Shown here: positions 41,826-49,886 of the stretch, piece by piece
Position numbering within the stretch: position 1 is the first letter of the stretch
Layout: each line of letters begins with the position of its first letter
IMG/VR virus record: IMGVR_UViG_3300028734_000012
Location: 32,001-96,000 of that record
Length of the DNA: 64,000 bases
Reading direction: 5' to 3' (one strand)
DNA from: a virus
Notes under the pieces: generated by a model
Databases searched by the model: none
Told to the model about the DNA's origin: nothing
The model's input: the letters and a program-made list of their open reading frames with translations, nothing else
Made by a program: the position numbers and the translations under genes

Positions 41826-43055
41826 TTGGGAAATGACCTAAGAAATATCGTTGTTGACACAAGTTCCTTAATGGAGAATGACGGTATCCTTGATGAGTTA
41901 ATCAATGTTTACAATGTTATTATTAACATCGTAGTCGTAGAAGAACTTGACAATTTAAAAACAAACAAAGATTTTGACAGAGCATTTAAAGCCAAACGCG
42001 CTATTAGAAGTTTAGAGAAGTACAAAGATTCAGTACAATTTGATTTAGTCCGTAAAGCAGATGAAGCCTTTACTCAAAATCAATATAACCTTAACGATGA
42101 TGTTATCGTTACTTGCGCAAAACTTAATAATGCATATCTAATGACAGAAGATTTAAATCTTAGAATTAAAGCAAACGTTATCGGTGTTACATGTTCTACA
42201 AAAATAGAAACATCTAATACATATAAGGGTTTTAAAAGAGTTAAATTATCTGATGTAGAAACTGCATATTTTTATGAGCATATGAACGAGAATCAATTTG
42301 ATTCGCTTATTAATGAATACATTGTTATCACTAATAATGTCGAAGCTTTCGAAGATACATATCGTTGGGACGGAAATAAATATATACCTATTAAAACAAA
42401 GAACTTAACTACTGTTGCTTTCGGTTCAGAAATTAAACCTAAAGATGTTTACCAACGTATGGTAATTGACAGTATTCTAAATAATACAATGACTGTTATC
42501 GCAGGAGAAGCAGGAAGTGGTAAAAGTCTATTAGCATTGGTAACTGCTATGTACTTAGTTGAAAATAGAAGCAGTAAATACGAGAGAATCGTTGTACTTG
42601 CTAACCCAACTAAAACCCGTGGTGCTACAGATATGGGATTCTATACTGGTAGTGCTATGGAAAAACTTATGCAATGTTCAATCGGTAATGTCTTAAACAC
42701 TAAGTTTGGTGAACGTAATGGCATTGACCAGTTGATTGCAGGAGATAAACTTAGACTTGTTAGCATGGCTGATTGCCGTGGTATGGAAGTTAGAGATGAC
42801 GAAATCCTATATATCACAGAAGCCCAAAATACAACAGTAGATTTAATGAAATTATGTCTATCAAGAGCAAGTTCAGATTGTAAGATTATTATCGAAGGTG
42901 ATTACAATTCACAAGTAGATAGTAATATGTATGAGAATAAGAACAATGGTATGAAACGTGCTATAGAGGTATTAAAAGGCGAAGATATCTTCGGATATGT
43001 CGAACTTCAAAATGTATGGAGAAGCAAAATTGCTAATCTTGTATACAAATTCTAA
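41826..43055 (+). CDS. phoH: PIN-PhoH (PhoH2/YlaK-like) protein
   Basis: PIN motifs VVDTS, EELD, NDD, TED; Walker A GEAGSGKS; RG; EAQN; GD..Q.D. Confidence 0.9.
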   Translation: MGNDLRNIVVDTSSLMENDGILDELINVYNVIINIVVVEELDNLKTNKDFDRAFKAKRAIRSLEKYKDSVQFDLVRKADEAFTQNQYNLNDDVIVTCAKLNNAYLMTEDLNLRIKANVIGVTCSTKIETSNTYKGFKRVKLSDVETAYFYEHMNENQFDSLINEYIVITNNVEAFEDTYRWDGNKYIPIKTKNLTTVAFGSEIKPKDVYQRMVIDSILNNTMTVIAGEAGSGKSLLALVTAMYLVENRSSKYERIVVLANPTKTRGATDMGFYTGSAMEKLMQCSIGNVLNTKFGERNGIDQLIAGDKLRLVSMADCRGMEVRDDEILYITEAQNTTVDLMKLCLSRASSDCKIIIEGDYNSQVDSNMYENKNNGMKRAIEVLKGEDIFGYVELQNVWRSKIANLVYKF

Positions 43056-43080
43056 AATAAATTTAAGGTGGTTAGCTTAG

Positions 43081-43686
43081 TTGGGATTAACTAAAAATGA
43101 ATCTGAATATATAGAGTTCAAACCACAAAATGGTTTGGTCGCACAAATGAAGTTATCATTGGTACTAAATCAAAGAAAGATTTTCTTATATGATGATGTA
43201 AGTGAAAATTCTATTTTTGAATGTATTTACTATCTATATAAGTTAATGGATATGGATAAACGAACAGGAGAAAAATCACCGATTGATATTTTTATTAATA
43301 GCAACGGTGGATATGTTGACGATGGTTTAACATTAATTTCTTTAATTGAGTATATGAAAGATAACGGTTATGATATAACCACAATTAATATGGGTAGAGC
43401 ATATTCTATGGGCTTTATGATATCCATCTGTGGCACTCATAGGAAGTCTTATAGATATGGCAGATACATGGTTCATGATATCTCTTCATGCGCATACGGC
43501 AAGGCACAGCAAATGCAAGAGGATATTGAGGATATGAAGATATCTAGGGCTGTGTTGTATGATATTATCCAAAAATATACTTCTATTACTTTAGAACAAC
43601 TAACAGAATGGCAAGAGAAGAAGATAGATAAATTCTTATCGGCACAAGAACTATTAGAATTAAAAGGAGTAGATGAAATATTATGA
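43081..43686 (+). CDS. clpP: ClpP-like protease
   Basis: INSNGG, AYSMG (Ser), MVH (His), DKFLSAQE (Asp). Confidence 0.85.
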   Translation: MGLTKNESEYIEFKPQNGLVAQMKLSLVLNQRKIFLYDDVSENSIFECIYYLYKLMDMDKRTGEKSPIDIFINSNGGYVDDGLTLISLIEYMKDNGYDITTINMGRAYSMGFMISICGTHRKSYRYGRYMVHDISSCAYGKAQQMQEDIEDMKISRAVLYDIIQKYTSITLEQLTEWQEKKIDKFLSAQELLELKGVDEIL

Positions 43687-44042
43687 GTGAAATTAAAGAA
43701 CAACCTATTCAGTTCTCACCAGAGGAAATGGATATGGTTCAATCCCCTAGTGATTATATCGAAGAAAACATTATCCATTTAGATACAAAGAAATTGGATA
43801 AAGCTAGATTAGATGATATTTTGTTTGCTAAAGGCATCAATTCGGTTTCAGAGTTATGTGGTGCTATCAGTGCTTTAGTTAGCGTTGGTATCTCACCACC
43901 TATGGCTATGATGTATCTATCGGAGCGTGAGGGCACTATTTTAGCAATGGAACATACTCTTAACCTTAGTAAGATAAACGCTAATGCGACCGTAGAAGCT
44001 TCTAAATTTGAAAGTATTAATCTTCAAAAAAATATGTTATAA
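43683..44042 (+). CDS. hypothetical protein
   Basis: ATGA overlap with clpP. Confidence 0.7.
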   Translation: MSEIKEQPIQFSPEEMDMVQSPSDYIEENIIHLDTKKLDKARLDDILFAKGINSVSELCGAISALVSVGISPPMAMMYLSEREGTILAMEHTLNLSKINANATVEASKFESINLQKNML

Positions 44043-44058
44043 TTAATTTCTAAATCAC

Positions 44059-44274
44059 TTGACAAATTAATTGGATTATACTATAATATATATAGAAACA
44101 AAAATACATATTAAAAAAAAGAATTTTTAATTAATTTAGAAAACTACTTGACAAACAATATAAATTATACTATAATATATATAGAGACCAAGTAAATAAC
44201 AAAACTTAATAAAAAAAAGAATTTTTAAAAAGTTTTAAAAATTACTTGACAAACACTACAAATTATACTATAAT
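44059..44274 (+). promoter_or_regulatory. three tandem sigmaA promoters in ~90-bp repeats
   Basis: TTGACA-17-TATAAT at 44059, 44148 and 44246. Confidence 0.85.
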
Positions 44275-44298
44275 ATATATAGAGAACAGAAACACTAA

Positions 44299-44353
44299 AA
44301 GATACTTACAGCTATTAACTACATAAAAATTATATTTTTTATTTAGTATCTTG
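44299..44353 (+). ncRNA. ACAGC-stem RNA copy 1
   Basis: AAGATACT-TACAGCTA...AGTATCTTG. Confidence 0.6.
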
Positions 44354-44359
44354 TTTTTT

Positions 44360-44433
44360 AAGGCACTTACAGCTAACTAATAATAGAAAGAATACATACT
44401 AAATATATATTTACTTTAATTATTAGTGCCTTG
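44360..44433 (+). ncRNA. ACAGC-stem RNA copy 2
   Basis: AAGGCACT-TACAGCTA...AGTGCCTTG. Confidence 0.6.
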
Positions 44434-44504
44434 GTAATATCGCATTTAAAAGTGAAAGCTTTTAAAAATATAAAATATTTATGAATTAAAGGGAGAAAAT
44501 CAAC

Positions 44505-44786
44505 ATGACTAGTAAAACATTTATTAAAGCAGTAGCAGATGCTACAGGTAAGACACAGAAAGACACTAAAGCATTCCTTGACGGTGTAGAGACAGTACTT
44601 AAATCAACAGTCGCATCAGCAGTTGTTGGAGAAAAAGTTAAAGTTCTTGATACTACATATACAGTTAAAGATGTATCCGCAAGAGAAGGCAGAAATCCTG
44701 CAACTGGTGAATCTATTTCAATTCCTGCAACAAAGAAAGTTGCACTTAAAGTATCTAAGGATTTCAAGGATGTAGTTAAAGCCTAA
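44505..44786 (+). CDS. hup: HU-family DNA-binding protein
   Basis: AREGRNPATGESISIPA motif. Confidence 0.95.
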   Translation: MTSKTFIKAVADATGKTQKDTKAFLDGVETVLKSTVASAVVGEKVKVLDTTYTVKDVSAREGRNPATGESISIPATKKVALKVSKDFKDVVKA

Positions 44787-44870
44787 TTTTAACTAAAACG
44801 GATATAATGCTTAAAATATTATAAACGCTTAGATGAAGCCGTGAGTGATGGCTTAAAATCACTCAAATAT

Positions 44871-44945
44871 ATCACTGTAATTTAACTGGTAAAATACGAA
44901 ACTGATAATTTCGATTTCTAAGTCCAAGTCTTAGCGGTGATACCA
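44871..44945 (+). tRNA. tRNA-Ile(GAT)
   Basis: ATCACTG/CGGTGAT acceptor; CGAAA-CTGATAA-TTTCG; CCA. Confidence 0.85.
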
Positions 44946-44948
44946 TTT

Positions 44949-44974
44949 GGGTTTGTCATATAATGGTTATTATG
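44949..44974 (+). pseudogene. 5' tRNA fragment (acceptor strand plus D arm)
   Basis: GGGTTTG TC ATATAATGGTTATTAT G, then the HNH cassette. Confidence 0.5.
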
Positions 44975-44987
44975 TGACGTGATTTAA

Positions 44988-45086
44988 ATAGGTTTTATAT
45001 TATAATTGCAATTATAATATAAGTAATTAATTTTATTACCACAATTAATAAAATTCCCTATAATATCTTTTATTGTGGAAAGGATA
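44988..45086 (+). promoter_or_regulatory. structured HNH leader with SD-sequestering kissing loop, copy A
   Basis: Homologous to 48039-48136 with compensatory changes. Confidence 0.7.
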
Positions 45087-45092
45087 ATAATT

Positions 45093-45794
45093 ATGGATAT
45101 TAGTAAAAAGCAAATTGAAGAAACTGCAATACATTCTACTTCTTTAAGTGATTTGTTAGGAAATTTAGGTTTTACTAAAAGTGGTGCTAATACAAAAAAT
45201 TTAAATAAGTTAATTAAAGAATATAGCATTGAAACTAAATTTAATACTATAGTACATCGTATAGTAAATAATGATGACATATTTATTCAAGATAGTACTG
45301 CAAATCAATCAACTTTAAGACGTCATTATTATGAATTAACTAAAGAAAATTATCATTGTTATATTTGTGGACAAGAATCAGCATGGTTTGGAAAAGAACT
45401 TTCTTTAACATTAGACCATATTAATGGAGATAATCATGACGATAGATTTGAAAATTTAAGATGGATTTGTCCAAATTGTGATAGGCAACTTGATACTTTT
45501 AGTGGAAAAAATATTAAAAATAGAAAGTCTAAATTGTTAGATTCAAAAACGTGCAAAAGTTGTGGAAAAGAATTTATTCCTAAAAATACAATTCAAGAAT
45601 ATTGTTGTATAGAATGTGTCCATATATCTCAAAGAAAAACAATTAGACCATCTAAAGATGAGTTGTCAATATTAATTCGTAATTATACTTTTGTAGATTT
45701 AGGAAAGATGTTTGATGTTTCAGATAACACTATTAGAAAATGGTGTAAAATATATGGTTTACCATATTTAAAATCTGAAATTTTAAATACATAA
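45093..45794 (+). CDS. HNH endonuclease with Zn finger and C-terminal HTH
   Basis: LDHINGD..D.R.ENLR.ICPNC; V..NTIRKW; ATG 45093 follows AAAGGA SD. Confidence 0.85.
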   Translation: MDISKKQIEETAIHSTSLSDLLGNLGFTKSGANTKNLNKLIKEYSIETKFNTIVHRIVNNDDIFIQDSTANQSTLRRHYYELTKENYHCYICGQESAWFGKELSLTLDHINGDNHDDRFENLRWICPNCDRQLDTFSGKNIKNRKSKLLDSKTCKSCGKEFIPKNTIQEYCCIECVHISQRKTIRPSKDELSILIRNYTFVDLGKMFDVSDNTIRKWCKIYGLPYLKSEILNT

Positions 45795-45801
45795 TTATTT
45801 T

Positions 45802-45876
45802 GGTTGTATAGTATAGCGATTATTACATCGGACTGTCACTCCGAAAATCAGAGTTTAACTCTCTGTATAACCGCCA
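45802..45876 (+). tRNA. tRNA-Asp(GTC)
   Basis: TCGGA-CTGTCAC-TCCGA; GCCA end. Confidence 0.85.
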
Positions 45877-45880
45877 AATA

Positions 45881-45917
45881 ACAGTAAATCCGAGTTCGAT
45901 TCTCGGCATTCCCGCCA
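45881..45917 (+). pseudogene. 3' tRNA fragment (T arm, acceptor, GCCA)
   Basis: CCGAG TTCGATT CTCGG CATTCCC GCCA. Confidence 0.7.
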
Positions 45918-45952
45918 AAACCGTAAGTGATGGTTATATAATCACTTAATAA

Positions 45953-46030
45953 TACAGGGTAGAGAAGTTTGGTCATCTCATTAGGCTCATAACCTAAAAA
46001 TCGCTAGTTCGAATCTAGCCCCTGCAACCA
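45953..46030 (+). tRNA. tRNA-Met(CAT), initiator-like
   Basis: TTAGG-CTCATAA-CCTAA; fMet-like ...CCCTGCAACCA end. Confidence 0.85.
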
Positions 46031-46062
46031 AGGAAACCTATATCCTTTAAAGTAGGTGATAT

Positions 46063-46138
46063 ATCTGTTGGACGGTAAGGTATCGTTGTCTATCTCATAA
46101 GTAGATACAATTCGCTTCGATTGCGAAAGCAGATACCA
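46063..46138 (+). tRNA. tRNA-Met/Ile2(CAT)
   Basis: ATCTGTT/AGCAGAT; TCTAT-CTCATAA-GTAGA; CCA. Confidence 0.8.
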
Positions 46139-46176
46139 GAATTTTATTTAGAATGGTGGTGTGTTATTAAACAATA

Positions 46177-46608
46177 ATGAAAAATGGTGAATACATATTA
46201 GTTGTTGCCCCAAAAAATTACGATGGTAAAAAATATAGAAATAAATATTGTTATGAACATATTTTAGTTTATTGGGAATATTATAAAATATTACCAAAGG
46301 ACAATGAAATTATACATCATATTGATGGTAATAAACATAATAATGACATATCTAATTTAAAATTAATGTCAAAATTAGAACATGATATATTACATAAAAA
46401 TAAAAGAGGAATTAAATTTGTAATGCTAAAATGTACTGGATGTGGTAAAATTTTCGAAAAAGAAAAGAGAAAAACATTTTTAATTAGTGGTGGAAAATTT
46501 ACTTGTTGTTGTCGTAAATGTATAGGTATAACCACTGGATTAAATCAAGAAGAAAAAAATAAAAGGATATCTCAAAATTTAATATATGAATTTACTAAAT
46601 ATAAATAA
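46177..46608 (+). CDS. HNH endonuclease
   Basis: YEH.LV...IHHIDGNKHNN.ISNL; Zn finger. Confidence 0.85.
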   Translation: MKNGEYILVVAPKNYDGKKYRNKYCYEHILVYWEYYKILPKDNEIIHHIDGNKHNNDISNLKLMSKLEHDILHKNKRGIKFVMLKCTGCGKIFEKEKRKTFLISGGKFTCCCRKCIGITTGLNQEEKNKRISQNLIYEFTKYK

Positions 46609-46619
46609 ATCAATTATAT

Positions 46620-46691
46620 TCTGGTGTAACACAACGGTAGTGTAATTCCCTGTTAAGGAAAAGGCTGTTGGTTCAAGTCCAACCACCAGAG
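46620..46691 (+). tRNA. tRNA-Asn(GTT), no encoded CCA
   Basis: TCTGGTG/CACCAGA; CTGTTAA loop; TTCAAGT. Confidence 0.9.
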
Positions 46692-46692
46692 C

Positions 46693-46765
46693 GTTCCACA
46701 ATTTACAGTAACCTTTACGTGGTGTGGAATATCAACTATCTAAATTGATAGGCTAATAACTGTAA
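46693..46765 (+). ncRNA. HDV-like (theta-type, tRNA-associated) self-cleaving ribozyme
   Basis: P1 GTTCCAC/GTGGAAT (G1-U wobble), P2 TTACAGT/ACTGTAA, P3 ACC/GGT, L3 TTTACGT, P4 CTATC/GATAG, J4/2 GCTAA. Confidence 0.8.
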
Positions 46766-46804
46766 TTATTAATAATAGGTATATAATCATAATAGAGAAA
46801 ACAT

Positions 46805-46878
46805 AGCACCATCGAATAAAAGTAATTCGCAAGGTTCTCAACCTTGTAATCTGGTGGCAGAATCCAGTGGTGTTACCA
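46805..46878 (+). tRNA. tRNA-Glu(CTC), atypical T loop
   Basis: CAAGG-TTCTCAA-CCTTG; T loop GGCAGAA; CCA. Confidence 0.7.
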
Positions 46879-46882
46879 ACAT

Positions 46883-46958
46883 GGCACATTAGGCAAGTGG
46901 ACTAAGCCGTCACCCTTTCACGGTGAAGACACCGTTTCAATTACGGTATGTGTCTCCA
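46883..46958 (+). tRNA. tRNA-Glu(TTC)
   Basis: TCACC-CTTTCAC-GGTGA; CCA. Confidence 0.9.
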
Positions 46959-47010
46959 TAGTTCTCTTTTAGTGCTTTTCTATCTTTGCAAATAGTAAAA
47001 GCGCATTTAT

Positions 47011-47093
47011 GTCGAAGTGATGGAATGCATACATGCTAGTTTTAGAAGCTAGTGCCGAAAGGATTAGGAGTTCAAATCTCCTCTTCGACACCA
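47011..47093 (+). tRNA. tRNA-Leu(TAG)
   Basis: CTAGT-TTTAGAA-GCTAG; variable arm; CCA. Confidence 0.9.
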
Positions 47094-47122
47094 TTGACAA
47101 TCTGGAAAGACAGATAAAATAT

Positions 47123-47197
47123 GGAAGATTAGCTTATGTGGTAAAGCAGTAGTCCGAAGAACTACGGAATCCTATTCGAACGAGGAATGTTCCACCA
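47123..47197 (+). tRNA. tRNA-Phe(GAA)
   Basis: GTAGT-CCGAAGA-ACTAC; one acceptor mismatch; CCA. Confidence 0.75.
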
Positions 47198-47321
47198 GTT
47201 GAACAACGCAGGATACATATACGTTATAGGAGTAGGCACTAGTGCCCGCACCAAATTCTAAAAAATTAAGTAAATAGAGTGATATCCCTATCTGAAAGAT
47301 TTTTAAGTGTATCCAATATAT

Positions 47322-47396
47322 GGGGTCTGTAGTGTAATGGTAGCACGGAAAATTGTGATTTTTTAAGTAACAGTTCAATTCTGTTCATTCCCACCA
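47322..47396 (+). tRNA. tRNA-His(GTG)
   Basis: G-1; GAAAA-TTGTGAT-TTTTT; CCA; two acceptor mismatches. Confidence 0.8.
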
Positions 47397-47427
47397 AGCA
47401 ATAAGCACGGCTTTGTAGATGCTTTTA

Positions 47428-47486
47428 AAGACACACACAGCGATACAATAATAATAAAATATTTGCTTTTTATTAACTGTGTCTTG
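47428..47486 (+). ncRNA. ACAGC-stem RNA copy 3
   Basis: AAGACACA-CACAGCGA...TGTGTCTTG. Confidence 0.55.
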
Positions 47487-47565
47487 TTATCTAATTGGGT
47501 TCGTAACCTCAATTTCTTTGCGGCGAAGAGTTTAAATATGAGCCGAAAATAAGTTACGATTATAC

Positions 47566-47655
47566 GGAGAATAAACCAGACAGGCGAACTGGAACTGCCT
47601 TGAAAACAGATTGATGTTTAACAGCATTGGGTTTCGAGTACTCTGTTCTCCGCCA
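47566..47655 (+). tRNA. tRNA-Ser(TGA)
   Basis: GGAGAAT/GTTCTCC; CTTGAAA loop; long variable arm; GCCA. Confidence 0.85.
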
Positions 47656-47764
47656 AATTAGTGTGAAAATGGAACAACCACGCTATCTTACCTATAGAGA
47701 GTTTAAATAAATATAGGTGTTGACCTAATTAGGGTAGTAAAACTAATTTGTTGTTCCAAAATAT

Positions 47765-47840
47765 GTACTATTAGTGTAAATGGCAAGCACTTCTGCCTTC
47801 CAAGCAGAGAATTTCGGTTCAAGTCCGAAATGGTACACCA
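47765..47840 (+). tRNA. tRNA-Gly(TCC)
   Basis: TCTGC-CTTCCAA-GCAGA; CCA. Confidence 0.9.
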
Positions 47841-47891
47841 AACCTACTTTTCTGTTGCTTGGCTGTAGATAATGTGGAACAGAATTTTTAT

Positions 47892-47963
47892 CGAGGATGA
47901 GTTGTAATGGTATGCATGTGTACCTTGGACGTATGCGGAGAGGTTCGATTCCTACATCTTCGA
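47892..47963 (+). tRNA. tRNA-Pro(TGG), no encoded CCA
   Basis: CGAGGAT/ATCTTCG-A; CTTGGAC loop; imperfect D and T stems. Confidence 0.7.
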
Positions 47964-48035
47964 GTTAGACAAGATAATATACCTCTATGTGGTGTCAAAC
48001 ATCAACTGTTATTTATAACAGGCTAAATTATTATC
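47964..48035 (+). ncRNA. HDV-like (theta-type, tRNA-associated) self-cleaving ribozyme
   Basis: P1 GTTAGAC/GTCAAAC, P2 GATAATA/TATTATC, P3 ACC/GGT, L3 TCTATGT, P4 CTGTTA/TAACAG, J4/2 GCTAA; starts at the base after the tRNA discriminator. Confidence 0.8.
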
Positions 48036-48038
48036 AAA

Positions 48039-48136
48039 ATAGGTTTTTATATAGTGTTGCAACATTATATAAAGTAATTAAACTAATTGCTACTATCAAT
48101 TAGTTTCCCTATTAAATCTTTTATAGTAGAAAGGAT
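48039..48136 (+). promoter_or_regulatory. structured HNH leader with SD-sequestering kissing loop, copy B
   Basis: Homologous to 44988-45086. Confidence 0.7.
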
Positions 48137-48140
48137 AGAA

Positions 48141-48965
48141 ATGTTAAGTCAAGAAGAATTTGAAAAAAGAATATCTATTACATTTAATGATACGATTGAG
48201 ATTTTATCTGATTATAAGGGTAAGAGAAAAGACATAGAACTTAAATGTAAGAAATGCGGTTATCAATGGAATGTAGTTGCACAAAATGCAATGTATGGAA
48301 AACAAAGAAACTGTCCAGAATGTGAAATTGATAAAAAGAAAACAGGAGATTCTATAGTATGCGCTAATTGTGGCAAGAAAATATATAGAGTAAAGTCAAA
48401 GATGAGTAAATCAAAAAGTGGCTTGTACTTCTGTAATAGGAATTGTTCAAGTACATATTTTAATCATTCTAGTAATATAGTATCTATAAATAATTATAGA
48501 GATAAAGCTATAGATTATTATGGTGCAAAGTGTGAACTATGTGGAGACAATGAAGATATAAGATTATTAGATGTACATCATATTGATGAAAACAGATGTA
48601 ATAATGAAATTAATAATCTAATTGTTTTATGTGTTAAATGCCATGCTAAAATTACAAGAGGTATAGATAAACTTATTGATAGAACTCTGATAATAAATGA
48701 AGATAATATTGATAAAAATAACTCTGTGCATTGTAAGCCAGAAACAGTACATAAAAAATATTGTAAAATAAATTGTTATGATAAAACAGATAATCTAATA
48801 AAATCATTTAATAAAATGTCTGATGCATTAGATTGGTTAAAACAATTTTACCAAAATCCATCATCTACTCATATAATAGAATGTATCTTACATAAGAGAA
48901 AAAGTGCATATAATTATATTTGGGTTGGAGTGACTATAAATAAAAAGATACTTACAGCTATATAA
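48141..48965 (+). CDS. HNH endonuclease with Zn ribbons and NUMOD1-like C-terminus
   Basis: LDVHHID.NR.NN.INNL.VLC..CH; SAYNYIW; ATG 48141 follows AAAGGA SD. Confidence 0.85.
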   Translation: MLSQEEFEKRISITFNDTIEILSDYKGKRKDIELKCKKCGYQWNVVAQNAMYGKQRNCPECEIDKKKTGDSIVCANCGKKIYRVKSKMSKSKSGLYFCNRNCSSTYFNHSSNIVSINNYRDKAIDYYGAKCELCGDNEDIRLLDVHHIDENRCNNEINNLIVLCVKCHAKITRGIDKLIDRTLIINEDNIDKNNSVHCKPETVHKKYCKINCYDKTDNLIKSFNKMSDALDWLKQFYQNPSSTHIIECILHKRKSAYNYIWVGVTINKKILTAI

Positions 48966-49023
48966 ATTAATGATTTAGAATATGAAATTGTATAGGAATA
49001 TTAAGCGTGTAAGCAGTATCTTG
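48945..49023 (+). ncRNA. ACAGC-stem RNA copy 4
   Basis: AAGATACT-TACAGCTA...AGTATCTTG; overlaps the HNH stop codon. Confidence 0.55.
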
Positions 49024-49031
49024 TAAATGGA

Positions 49032-49101
49032 AAGGCACATACAGCTAATTTTAAAATCAAGAAGAATATTATAATTCTACTAATTTTTATTTAGTGCCTT
49101 G
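49032..49101 (+). ncRNA. ACAGC-stem RNA copy 5
   Basis: AAGGCACA-TACAGCTA...AGTGCCTTG. Confidence 0.55.
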
Positions 49102-49127
49102 TCAATAGTTTTAAGTAAAGAGGTCAT

Positions 49128-49886
49128 ATGGGAGAAAAAGAAAATAACAATTGTTCAGTGTATGTACATATTTTCCCTAATAGCAAACTATATTTTGGGA
49201 TTACTTCATTAGTACCACAAATACGATGGGGAAATAACGGAATAGGATATCAAGGTCAATGTGTATATAGTGCAATAAATAAATATGGTTGGGATAATAT
49301 TGAGCATATTATTTTATATGATAATTTGACGTTGGAACAGGCTAATAATTATGAAAAATTATTTATTAAATATTATGATACCAAAATTGATAATGGTAAT
49401 GGTTATAATGTTACAAATGGTGGTAATGGAACTTGTGGATACATATGGTCAGAAGAACAAAAATTAATTTTAAGTAAATCTCATATGGGATTAAATAATT
49501 TTATTAATAAGACTGAAAACGAAATGGAAGAAATAAATAAAAAGCGTAGTAAGTCAATAACAGAAACAATTAATTCGGAAGATTGGAAAGCAAAAAATAA
49601 AGGAATACATATAGGACATATAGTTTCTAAAGAGACAAAAGATAAAATAAGTAACTCTTTAATTGGATATAAACGTTCTGATTCTTTTAAAAAAAAATTA
49701 AGTGATATCCATAATATTCCTGTAATATGTGTATCAACAGGAGAAATATTTAAATCTACAAAAGAAGCAAGTAAGTTTTATAACTGTGATAGTTCAAATA
49801 TTACTGCATGTTGTAAAGGTAGGTTAAAAACAGCAGGTAAATTTAATGGAGTTAAGTTAGTATGGGAATATTGTACCAACATGTGA
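49128..49886 (+). CDS. GIY-YIG homing endonuclease with NUMOD3/NUMOD1-like domains
   Basis: VYVH...K.YFGIT..RW; GYN.T.GG; SKETKDKIS; ITACCKG..KTAG. Confidence 0.85.
   Translation: MGEKENNNCSVYVHIFPNSKLYFGITSLVPQIRWGNNGIGYQGQCVYSAINKYGWDNIEHIILYDNLTLEQANNYEKLFIKYYDTKIDNGNGYNVTNGGNGTCGYIWSEEQKLILSKSHMGLNNFINKTENEMEEINKKRSKSITETINSEDWKAKNKGIHIGHIVSKETKDKISNSLIGYKRSDSFKKKLSDIHNIPVICVSTGEIFKSTKEASKFYNCDSSNITACCKGRLKTAGKFNGVKLVWEYCTNM

Noticed and set aside
44975-45880. Group I intron in the split tRNA, or an IscB/HEARO element
   Set aside because: No group I core is visible, the insert contains a complete tRNA, and the HNH proteins lack RuvC and PLMP motifs
47200-47256. Extra tRNA ending GCACCA
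   Set aside because: No convincing anticodon or T arm; at most a decayed fragment
48039-48112. Minus-strand hammerhead ribozyme in the HNH leader
   Set aside because: GAAAC...GTT is present but the CUGANGA core is absent
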